A stretch of DNA of 55,119 nucleotides from a virus. Its lineage: Duplodnaviria > Caudoviricetes. The notes below the pieces were generated by a model that ran no database searches, was not told the DNA's origin, and worked only from the letters and a program-made list of their open reading frames with translations. Within the stretch, counting starts at the first letter, position 1. The number at the start of each line of letters is the position of its first letter. The DNA lies in the IMG/VR virus record IMGVR_UViG_3300021368_001314, positions 1-55,119 of that record; one strand, given 5' to 3'. Below, in pieces: positions 18,021 to 26,184 of the stretch. A program made the translations under genes and the position numbers.

Positions 18021-18276
18021 TATTGAGGAAAAAGTAATTGCCGAGATTAGACAACGTGCTAAAAAAGGCGAGGCCAAATACGGTACTACAATGGATAGGT
18101 GCGACCTATCTCTAAAGGAATGGTTACAACACCTCAAAGAAGAATTGATGGATGGTGTAATTTACACACAGAAAATAATTAATGAGTTAGAGGTTTTAGA
18201 AAATCTTGAGATTGCACAGGCTATTATAGACGCTTGCGACACGAAATCGAACACCTTATATATAGAAGAAGAGTAG
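18013..18276 (+). CDS. All-alpha NTP-pyrophosphohydrolase (MazG-like fold) small protein (contains DACDTK)
   Basis: R..KG..KYGTTMDR.DL...WL.HLKEELMD...Y signature. Confidence 0.6.
   Translation: MSSIEEKVIAEIRQRAKKGEAKYGTTMDRCDLSLKEWLQHLKEELMDGVIYTQKIINELEVLENLEIAQAIIDACDTKSNTLYIEEE
18229..18262 (+). promoter_or_regulatory. Class II promoter, copy 11
   Basis: GACGCTTGCGACACG 18229, CTTATATA 18255, ATG 18284. Confidence 0.75.
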
Positions 18277-18283
18277 GGATATT

Positions 18284-18556
18284 ATGAGAAAAGTACAGTT
18301 GAAACGAATGGTCGCTAAGGCACTTATCGGCCAAGAACAAGGCTTAACAGCACAAGAGATTTACGGTAAATTAAACTACCAAGCACTATCTAAAATAAAA
18401 AACCCTAAGCATATATCTAACATACTAAAGAGTATGAAAGGCGTAGGTAAATACAATACAGGCGTAGGTGTTAAACTAAATGGGGATAGATACAAAGTAA
18501 ATCTATACAAGATTGAGGACATGGATGAAGTAATGAAATTAGGGGGGCTTAAGTGA
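18284..18556 (+). CDS. Winged-helix-like DNA-binding protein
   Basis: GLTAQEIYGKL...ISNILK...VNLYKI. Confidence 0.55.
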   Translation: MRKVQLKRMVAKALIGQEQGLTAQEIYGKLNYQALSKIKNPKHISNILKSMKGVGKYNTGVGVKLNGDRYKVNLYKIEDMDEVMKLGGLK

Positions 18557-18885
18557 AGAAGTTAGAACCACAATGGCCGTATGTAGATTATGAATACCGA
18601 TTCGCAGATGAGGATGCAGTAGATATAGAGGATGTAGTAAGGACATTACAAGGCTATAACCCAAGTAGTAATATTGCTAGACAAATAGAAGAGTTTGGTG
18701 TGTGTGTACCCGAATATGAGAATCAGATACAGCGATATAGAAATACAATCGAAATGGCTTATGAGTTTATGTTCATAGGTCAATTCAAAGCGAAAACCCC
18801 GCAGAAAACAATCAAGAGATTTAAGAATGCTATTGATAGGGTAAAAGAAACAGTAAGGAGAAATAAAAATGACAGAGAAGAATAG
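18553..18885 (+). CDS. Hypothetical protein
   Basis: GTGA overlap. Confidence 0.55.
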   Translation: MKKLEPQWPYVDYEYRFADEDAVDIEDVVRTLQGYNPSSNIARQIEEFGVCVPEYENQIQRYRNTIEMAYEFMFIGQFKAKTPQKTIKRFKNAIDRVKETVRRNKNDREE

Positions 18886-19069
18886 AAGATGGATAAACTT
18901 TGGAAGATACAGCAGCCCACCGATAGGTAGGGGGAAAATATTAGATTGTGAGTTTACAGACAAATATAACCCGCTTGACTTGCCGATGTTATATCTCAAA
19001 CTAGAAGTAAATGGTGTTGTGTATGAAGGTACATTACCCGTAAAACAAAGTGGGGATGAGGAAGAATGA
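18869..19069 (+). CDS. Hypothetical protein
   Basis: AAGGAGA RBS. Confidence 0.5.
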   Translation: MTEKNRRWINFGRYSSPPIGRGKILDCEFTDKYNPLDLPMLYLKLEVNGVVYEGTLPVKQSGDEEE

Positions 19070-19229
19070 ATCTATGTTTACACGATAATGTATATATTGA
19101 CGATTTTGAGGTTGTCAATGGTGGTGAAGATGTACTTGTTACCATACGATGCTACAAATGTAGTCAATCACAACAACATACCTTATGTATTGACAATATG
19201 CTATACGATTTACATTTGGGGTGGGAAGA

Positions 19230-20075
19230 ATGAGGACATATACTTTTAACTTAAAAGATTTATTTGTATCTTTTGCCTCACCTGTTAGAAGGAACGACGT
19301 AGGAAAAACTATCATACAACAATGTGATGTAGATTTGCGAACCAAAGGCTCATCTTTCCATATTATTAGGAGAGAAGTATTAAAGCAGTTATTAGACTAC
19401 TGTTATGAATCATCTAATGAAAAACCTCTGAGTAAATCTGAGTTTAATTTTATGTATAGAAATTGCATACAACATAGACCTTCTGAGTTTTCATTAGAGT
19501 CCATAATAACGGATGCTATTTATGATGCGGCAAATGTAGATATTACATTTATTACTACCGAAGAAAATAGCGTAGTACAAATACCGCAAAAGAAACCACT
19601 AGAATTAGATGATATATTTTTCACTACTTGTCGTGATACTTTATCTAGTGTTATAAACGCAAGAAGAAGTACTGATTATGCGTGGGTAATATTTGATGCT
19701 TATGCCAAAAAAGAAATGATAAAACTAAATACCGGACAATCTTTCTGTAATGTTTTTACGGCACATATAAGCCAAAACACTATGCTACAAATAACTCAAC
19801 AACCGAATAGATACGTTTTAACGGTGAGAACTAAGTGTGGTGGTGGGTTCGTACAGCCTGTGGATGCTAGAAGCGAGAATGGGCTTGTATCTATGGAAAA
19901 CAACGATATTCTATACACTATCTTAGATGAAACTTTTGAGGAACTAGATAAAGAAATATATCGAGGTAATATGTCAAAGTTAGCAGGTAAAAAGGCATGG
20001 AATAAATACAGCCCTAACCTTTGGTTTTCCGATAAAAATAAGTTAGAACGTGAAAATTATTTATTCTTTTTATGA
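19230..20075 (+). CDS. Hypothetical protein (about 280 aa)
   Basis: Long ORF, GGGGTGG RBS. Confidence 0.65.
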   Translation: MRTYTFNLKDLFVSFASPVRRNDVGKTIIQQCDVDLRTKGSSFHIIRREVLKQLLDYCYESSNEKPLSKSEFNFMYRNCIQHRPSEFSLESIITDAIYDAANVDITFITTEENSVVQIPQKKPLELDDIFFTTCRDTLSSVINARRSTDYAWVIFDAYAKKEMIKLNTGQSFCNVFTAHISQNTMLQITQQPNRYVLTVRTKCGGGFVQPVDARSENGLVSMENNDILYTILDETFEELDKEIYRGNMSKLAGKKAWNKYSPNLWFSDKNKLERENYLFFL

Positions 20076-20279
20076 TTCTAAATTACGCAAAAAGAATAAC
20101 AGGCTTGCAGTACTGCGGTTTTGTTAATTCTTTAATTAATTCAATAGTATGTTTGGTAAGGCCATCTACTATTATTCTCATCTATGTTATAGAAGAAATA
20201 AAATTAATTAGAAAATGGAGAGCAGTACAGCGTTTTATTCTTTTTACGCAAAGCAGAAATAAAAAAAAGAATTGAAAAG

Positions 20280-20310
20280 TTTATAATCGAAAGAAAAGGA
20301 GATAAGAAAT
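20280..20310 (+). promoter_or_regulatory. Class III promoter (TATA followed by CG.AAGAAAA)
   Basis: TTTATAAT-CGAAAGAAAAGGAG, ATG 20311. Confidence 0.6.
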
Positions 20311-20718
20311 ATGGGAAGAATGACGGGTACTATGATACAAGATGAAGTGTATAACATACTAAAGGATTCAAAGGAAGGAATGACAGCGTATGACATAAAC
20401 AAATTGTTGAATGATAAGGATTTGCTTAGGCAGAAAAACAAAGAGCGAGAAGAAAATGGTGATTTTATTGTTAGGGTAAAAGGAAATGGTAGTGGTAATA
20501 CCACGACTCAATTATCCGCTAAACTAAGTAGTAGTATATTGTTTGACAGTAGGACAGAAACTAGAAGAAATCAAGCGGGGTTTCTAACACCTACTGCTGT
20601 TTATACGGTAAGAGATTTAGATTTAGCGTATGATAAGATGATTAAAAGTAAAAAGAAACTAAATAAGTTTCCTAAAGTATTGAGACAATACCACAAACAA
20701 AAGGAGATGGAACAATGA
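20311..20718 (+). CDS. Winged-helix-like DNA-binding protein
   Basis: GMTAYDINKLL...TTTQLSAKL...AVYTV; C-terminal FPKVLR resembles MPKILR of ORF 14416. Confidence 0.55.
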   Translation: MGRMTGTMIQDEVYNILKDSKEGMTAYDINKLLNDKDLLRQKNKEREENGDFIVRVKGNGSGNTTTQLSAKLSSSILFDSRTETRRNQAGFLTPTAVYTVRDLDLAYDKMIKSKKKLNKFPKVLRQYHKQKEMEQ

Positions 20719-21593
20719 AAATTAACATAGTAGAAAATTATGGCGATACAGATATTGTATGGAACAAGATTTATGGTGAACACACATCGAAAGTGCCTAC
20801 AACTCTTATAGTATTTAATCAGAATGAGAAGGGGTATGCTAGTTTTATTACAGGCATGGGTTTGATAGGTGATGAGAAACCTGTTGCTAGAATCTTTAGT
20901 AGGTTACATCAAGTAGAGCCTTTCAACAACTACCCCGAACCTGTATTTCCCGAATGGAGATTATTTGAAAAGAAGAACAAAGAGGGTAGGAGATTCTTTA
21001 TTCTTAGGGTTACACACACATTCCCCATACATAGTGATGACGAATCTTCTATATCGTGGTTATATACATACCCAATCATTAGAGATATTGTTTTAGCACT
21101 AAACAATAAAGGTGTTGATTCTCTATGTTATCTTACGGTAAATCTAATGCAAGAGTTTTCTACTACTACTCACGGTATGATACATGAGAATCAAATAGGA
21201 ATCTTTGACTACATGAACCATGAAGATGATATTCAGTTAATTACTAAATATAATGATACTAACGAAACATTATTCCGAACAAAAACGAAATTAAAAGAAG
21301 ATATAGTGATGCCGTTGCCTGTTTGGGGATTCGGCTCGGTGTTCAAGAACTTCTGTACTAATACAATTAAGGAAAATATAACTGTAATAGGTGGTAGGGA
21401 TAGGAACACATTTGTAAACGAAGAAACACAGGAAACACTATCTTGGTGGATGAGAGAGCATTACAAACTAGAGACAGACCAAGGAAAGGAAAACTATTTA
21501 ACCGTTCTATTGTCTGACTTAGAACACCTTACCAAGCCGCTAAGTCTTGATAGGGCTATGGTAGAGTTCGGGGGTACTAATTTTGAAGAATGA
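20715..21593 (+). CDS. Possible PAC2/PbaA-like proteasome-assembly-chaperone-fold protein
   Basis: Pattern TLIV...GYASFITGMGLI...VARIFS...WRLF...YPIIRDIVLALNNKGVDSLCYL echoes PAC2; by eye only. Confidence 0.4.
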   Translation: MKINIVENYGDTDIVWNKIYGEHTSKVPTTLIVFNQNEKGYASFITGMGLIGDEKPVARIFSRLHQVEPFNNYPEPVFPEWRLFEKKNKEGRRFFILRVTHTFPIHSDDESSISWLYTYPIIRDIVLALNNKGVDSLCYLTVNLMQEFSTTTHGMIHENQIGIFDYMNHEDDIQLITKYNDTNETLFRTKTKLKEDIVMPLPVWGFGSVFKNFCTNTIKENITVIGGRDRNTFVNEETQETLSWWMREHYKLETDQGKENYLTVLLSDLEHLTKPLSLDRAMVEFGGTNFEE

Positions 21594-22917
21594 GTTTAAC
21601 GTATTTACAAAGACACAAGAGTTTGCTGATAGAAACTTCTTCATTGATGTAGACGACAAGATACCTATATTCCTATGTAGTATAGGTGGACATCTGTTTA
21701 ACAGTCTTAACAAATGTAGTCGTTGTGATTTTGACCCCGATAGCCCACTATACACAACAGGCGATTTCGTCATAGAACATTGTCCTCTACGACACAACAA
21801 TATGCCTTTCTACACGCCAATGTCTCAGTTACCCGACACAAGGATTCACCTAATGCTTAGAGGTGCTAAAGGTTCGGGTAAAAGTATTCTTATCCTCATG
21901 TTCCTAGCAGAAGGTACAGGTCTTGTACATAGTGCTAATGCAGATATGGGTCAAGGCTATCGTACAATGATGGGTGCTAATTCTGTTACAGAAGCAGGTA
22001 TGTTTGGTTCGGTAGACGAAGATGGTAACATAGCAGGGCGACCTATCGCTAGAGAGTTATGTGGCGGATTCTTAGGCTTTGAAGAGTTTAGTAGTATGTC
22101 TGATGCATCTAAGAAAGACCACAGCCTAGACATGAAGAATCAGTTACTTACATCCTTAGATAATGGTAGAGTACAGAAGGCTATGAGAAATGGTTGGGTA
22201 CAATACACTACTAGATACACAGTATGGGCGGGTACACAACCCGCTAGGTTTGAGTTGGAATCGGGATTAGATAGAAGATTCTTCATAATTGATATTGAGA
22301 TGACACCCGAAAAGGAACAGGCTTACAAGAAGGCACAACACGCACAGGCTAATATGCAAATAGAAGAAAGGGCTTCATTGGCTAATCTCAATATAGAAAT
22401 CAAGGATTGGATTAGAAACAGACAGCGAGAGGCTACTAGAAATCCACCGACAGGTGTTCTTTTCGATGATGAAGTTGCTGAGTGGATTAACAGACCCGAT
22501 GTACGTTCTTTTGAGGCAGATTTATTTCGTAGATTGTGTATAGGTTATCATATGATGCAGCCCGAATATCGTGGCGGCCAACCATTGATTATTACTCTTG
22601 ATGATACTCTTAGGGGAATACTAAATCAATCACTAGAGATGAGAAGAAGAGTAATGGATGCAGACCTTGAGTTAATCAAGACTACGTTTTGGATGAAGGA
22701 TATACCTAAATCGGTGCTGTTGAAAGAAGTCTCCAAGATGGTTACAGCAGGTGATTATCAATCAGCAAAGAGATGGGTTACTGAAAACCTAGAAGGTCAA
22801 TCGTGGTACGGAGAATACGCACCTAACGTCAAGAGGCGTGGTAGGAAAGGTGTTACTTGCCGTATCGGTACACAACGTCTTGAATCAGACGAAGAAGAAC
22901 AAAAGTGGGGTATATAG
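21583..22917 (+). CDS. MCM-like AAA+ ATPase (putative replicative helicase)
   Basis: HLMLRGAKGSGKS Walker A, TEAGMFGSV, GFEEF Walker B, LLTSLDNGRV, LDRRF arginine finger. Confidence 0.65.
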   Translation: MKNEFNVFTKTQEFADRNFFIDVDDKIPIFLCSIGGHLFNSLNKCSRCDFDPDSPLYTTGDFVIEHCPLRHNNMPFYTPMSQLPDTRIHLMLRGAKGSGKSILILMFLAEGTGLVHSANADMGQGYRTMMGANSVTEAGMFGSVDEDGNIAGRPIARELCGGFLGFEEFSSMSDASKKDHSLDMKNQLLTSLDNGRVQKAMRNGWVQYTTRYTVWAGTQPARFELESGLDRRFFIIDIEMTPEKEQAYKKAQHAQANMQIEERASLANLNIEIKDWIRNRQREATRNPPTGVLFDDEVAEWINRPDVRSFEADLFRRLCIGYHMMQPEYRGGQPLIITLDDTLRGILNQSLEMRRRVMDADLELIKTTFWMKDIPKSVLLKEVSKMVTAGDYQSAKRWVTENLEGQSWYGEYAPNVKRRGRKGVTCRIGTQRLESDEEEQKWGI

Positions 22918-23199
22918 ATGAAACCATTAAGTAGAAACAAAAGAGGATTGAAAGACGGTAGCCCTGTTGTAAAGGCCATGAGAAGATGGGCTATCAGACA
23001 GAATGAACCTTTTACGGTAAAAGAAATACAAGAGAATATGACATTCGTTTGTGGTAAGCCCGTAAAGACTTCTAGGTCTTTTTCACACTCGGAACACACT
23101 TTGTATTGTTACCTTAAAAGAAGTGATGATTATGAAATTGTAGCCGAGTATGATTACCAAAGAAATAGAGCCGCTACATTCAAATGGAGAGGTGAGTAA
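22918..23199 (+). CDS. Winged-helix-like protein
   Basis: PFTVKEIQE...LYCYLK...ATFKW. Confidence 0.45.
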   Translation: MKPLSRNKRGLKDGSPVVKAMRRWAIRQNEPFTVKEIQENMTFVCGKPVKTSRSFSHSEHTLYCYLKRSDDYEIVAEYDYQRNRAATFKWRGE

Positions 23200-23808
23200 A
23201 TGCGTAGTGCTAGAGAGATACAACAAAGACTACACGGAGAAACTGATGCATTCGCCATTGAGGTTCTTAGATGGGTACTAGATGGTGGCTGCCCTATGTG
23301 CGACCACAAATCCAAGAAAGATTATGAGTTAGGTATTATGAATGAAGAGTTTAGTGCTACATTCTTAGAAGTTAGACATAATTGGAATGAAGGTACTGTT
23401 ATGAACCACATGGATAATCACATTGAGTTTGATGCACTACAAGCAAAAAACATGGAAAAGGATAGACAACAAACTATCTCTACGTTAGATGCAGCAGAAG
23501 ATATTGTGATTAGGATTCAGAACTACCTAAATGAGTTAGAAGAACAGAAAGAAGCACAAGGCGGAATATCTTCTGAGTTCGTTACTGATGCGGCAAAACT
23601 AATAGGACAGGCAAACTCTAGTCTTAAGTTGGTAGGCCAACTAAAGAAAGAGATAGGTGTAGATTCCCAATTGATGTTAGCACAAGCACAGGTTAATGAT
23701 ATGTCGAGAATACTTATAGAAGTATTAGGTTCTCACCCACAGTTGTTAGACCAAGTAGAATTGAAAATGGCTATGTTGAAAGAACCCTCGGTGATTATAA
23801 ATGACTAA
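23200..23808 (+). CDS. Zn-finger/HTH plus coiled-coil protein; possible terminase small subunit
   Basis: CPMCDH...HMDNH followed by long amphipathic helices. Confidence 0.4.
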   Translation: MRSAREIQQRLHGETDAFAIEVLRWVLDGGCPMCDHKSKKDYELGIMNEEFSATFLEVRHNWNEGTVMNHMDNHIEFDALQAKNMEKDRQQTISTLDAAEDIVIRIQNYLNELEEQKEAQGGISSEFVTDAAKLIGQANSSLKLVGQLKKEIGVDSQLMLAQAQVNDMSRILIEVLGSHPQLLDQVELKMAMLKEPSVIIND

Positions 23809-24049
23809 GAAGTGGCGTACTGATTCTGTTAAGACTTTAATAAATAGGTCTATCTACGAAAAAGATATGCCTAAATTAATTGATGCTATGAAAGAAGATA
23901 ATCTTACGGCAAATATAACTCCTAATGGTATAGAATGGTATCATGCTGATTATAGAGTTACAAAGACGGCCATAAGAGAAGTATGGGGTCTGACAGCAGG
24001 GCAAATGGAAAGAGTGCAGAATTATGTTTATGGACACGACCCATTCTAA
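23801..24049 (+). CDS. Hypothetical protein
   Basis: GGTGA RBS, overlap. Confidence 0.6.
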   Translation: MTKKWRTDSVKTLINRSIYEKDMPKLIDAMKEDNLTANITPNGIEWYHADYRVTKTAIREVWGLTAGQMERVQNYVYGHDPF

Positions 24050-24102
24050 CTTTATATAGTTGAGTTTGAAAAAAATTGTAGCAAAAAATTATTGGTGGTA
24101 GC

Positions 24103-24768
24103 ATGGGTATTGTAATATTTACGGATGACGACAGTAAGTTTATGGATTCTAAATACATTATGATGATAGGGGAAATTGATACACCACCTACGGATAAAGA
24201 TACTACTTACATCTTGCGTAGTAATAAGTTTAAGGAGAAGGATGTCTTAGAATGGCTTCCTTTGATAGCAAACCGGCTTGTAGTTTGTTGTGATAAACCA
24301 CCAAAGATTACTAAGAAAAGCGAGGATTACGTTATTATATCTGACTCTCTTAAAATTAAAGGTAAAAGTAATCACTACTCCCCTATCAATGGGTTGCTAA
24401 CATGGAAGGATAGAAGAAGAGTAAATGCTGTTTTTTCCAAAACACCGTTGCCTTTGGCTAAAGCATTCCTAAAAGAAAATGATGTAGATATTACAGTATG
24501 GCGTAAATTAGCCAAAACTGCTATGTTTTTACCGGAAAAGTACGCTAGGGCTATCATGGTTTATGGTATAGAACCTGCTCATAAAAAAATTAAGTTTCCT
24601 AAGAAGAAGAAAGAAGTTTATAGGCATGAATTATGTCGTTCTAGTGATAAGCACATAGATGTCATAGTGCAAAACTCTATAACCGTAAGTAATCGCATTA
24701 AGGAACAAGGCGGCAGCGTACCTAAAGGTATGAAGAAGTCTAAGGATTTGATAAATGAATGGTTGTGA
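24103..24768 (+). CDS. Hypothetical protein (possibly a degenerate clamp-loader-associated subunit)
   Basis: GGTGG RBS; LVVCCD strand plus helical basic C-terminus; function speculative. Confidence 0.55.
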   Translation: MGIVIFTDDDSKFMDSKYIMMIGEIDTPPTDKDTTYILRSNKFKEKDVLEWLPLIANRLVVCCDKPPKITKKSEDYVIISDSLKIKGKSNHYSPINGLLTWKDRRRVNAVFSKTPLPLAKAFLKENDVDITVWRKLAKTAMFLPEKYARAIMVYGIEPAHKKIKFPKKKKEVYRHELCRSSDKHIDVIVQNSITVSNRIKEQGGSVPKGMKKSKDLINEWL

Positions 24769-24986
24769 TGTTTATGATAGGGGTAGGTAAATTATTAATT
24801 GTATTGGGGCTATTATATTTCCCGTTCAAAATGATAGGGGATTATTACCATCCTAGACAAATAAACACGAAGTATAAAGACGATATACATTTATATCAAG
24901 ACGGCGGAGACGACGGCTTCTTTATGGCCGCTATGTATCAAGATATGGGGAACGATTTATAAGCACTATGAGGCTTACATTTATAC

Positions 24987-25385
24987 ATGAGTGCTAATAA
25001 CAAAAGAGTCCGACGCATAATCGTGGACATCTTATGGGAATACGGTGCTATGACAAAAGAAGGAATGGCTGCTATGTTAAGTAAAACAAAAAACATTAGA
25101 ACCGTACCTTCACCCCATAGTCTTTCCGCCTTACTTAGCAAGAATCCACAAATAACACAAGTGGGTTCTACGAAGGTAGAAAATGCAGTAGGAACTACTG
25201 CTAAACATTTAGTTTATGATGTAGATAGAGAGTTAATAAGGTGCAAGGAAGATATTATGCTTACTAGAAGTCCTACCGTTATGACACCATCTCAGATGGA
25301 ACAGTCGCAACAATGTAGTTGTGGTAAGATAAGAATATTTCCCCCAAATGAAACTCGATGCTTACATTGTATTAGAAAAGTATAA
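24987..25385 (+). CDS. Winged-helix protein with C-terminal Zn ribbon
   Basis: GAMTKEGMA...PHSLSALL...LVYDV; CSC...CLHC; TTTATAAG 31 bp upstream. Confidence 0.6.
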   Translation: MSANNKRVRRIIVDILWEYGAMTKEGMAAMLSKTKNIRTVPSPHSLSALLSKNPQITQVGSTKVENAVGTTAKHLVYDVDRELIRCKEDIMLTRSPTVMTPSQMEQSQQCSCGKIRIFPPNETRCLHCIRKV

Positions 25386-25404
25386 TAATAAAACACTATG
25401 AGGT

Positions 25405-25779
25405 ATGACTATGCAGGGAATAGAAATGGATGACTTATCCACGATTATAGCAAGTGTGTTTAATGTAGAAAGACCGATAGATTTAGGGGAAATATTAACC
25501 GCACAAAATATGAGTGAAGCACAGTACATTAGATTTGTTTTATGTCTAGCAACAGACGTAGATTATGAAGTAGGGGAAGATGAAGTAGTAGACGATATGA
25601 TTGCTAGTTTACCCGAAAAAGTAAGTACTGAATATCTAAAGGGTATTATGGTAGGTTTACTTCTATCCCTAGAAGCAGAAGCGAGAACAGGCGGCCAATT
25701 AGGTTTCAGACCTGCACACGCAGAAATTATGAGTTTATTCCAATCAGCAGAAGCGTTAATTTATGAGAGGCAAGTCTAA
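25405..25779 (+). CDS. Acidic hypothetical protein
   Basis: GAGGT RBS. Confidence 0.6.
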   Translation: MTMQGIEMDDLSTIIASVFNVERPIDLGEILTAQNMSEAQYIRFVLCLATDVDYEVGEDEVVDDMIASLPEKVSTEYLKGIMVGLLLSLEAEARTGGQLGFRPAHAEIMSLFQSAEALIYERQV

Positions 25780-25781
25780 AT

Positions 25782-25836
25782 GACGCTTGCGAAGCACGAC
25801 AAAAAGTATATAACCGTTAAAAAATGAGGTATAAAT
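25782..25836 (+). promoter_or_regulatory. Hybrid class II / class III promoter (copy 12)
   Basis: GACGCTTGCGAAGCA 25782, then TATATAACCGTTAAAAAATGAGGTATAAAT, ATG 25837. Confidence 0.8.
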
Positions 25837-25980
25837 ATGGCAGACTGCGACCCTAACTACCATGAGTTTGACTTTGTTAGGCTTAAAGGTAGTACAAGGG
25901 GCGACAGGATGTTGGTATATTGTACTTGTAGAGTATGTGGAATGCAAACAGCATTACACGGCACTATGGGTCTTTATTGA
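25837..25980 (+). CDS. Small Zn-binding protein (47 aa, MADCDPNYHEF...CTCRVCG)
   Basis: ATG 30 bp after TATA, GAGGT RBS. Confidence 0.55.
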   Translation: MADCDPNYHEFDFVRLKGSTRGDRMLVYCTCRVCGMQTALHGTMGLY

Positions 25981-26150
25981 CTTGTCGGTGGCATCAGCGT
26001 AGGATGTCCTAATGTTGGGTAATTCGCACCCATGCCGTCAAAAGTTGGCGAGGCTAGATAAACAGGTGCTAGTCCAAAACCGTAACCGATATGCACAGAT
26101 GGAAGGAACGCCAATCTGATAATAAGTACCAAATAGAGCATTAACAAGTC
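25979..26150 (+). ncRNA. Candidate structured intergenic RNA
   Basis: Closing helix GACTTGT/ACAAGTC enclosing at least four internal stems with G-U pairs; about 200-nt gap in otherwise packed genes. Confidence 0.4.
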
Positions 26151-26184
26151 GGATAAGCCAACACACAATTAAGGAGAAAGTATT

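Noticed and set aside
7782-25800. Integron attC array
   Set aside because: No integrase in the window and no attC R/L box palindromes; fixed TATA spacing favours a promoter element.
25974-26168. 64-aa minus-strand ORF, or a tRNA or hammerhead ribozyme in this gap
   Set aside because: Antisense to the operon with no signals; no cloverleaf or TTC loop; CTGATAA lacks the partner GAAA core.
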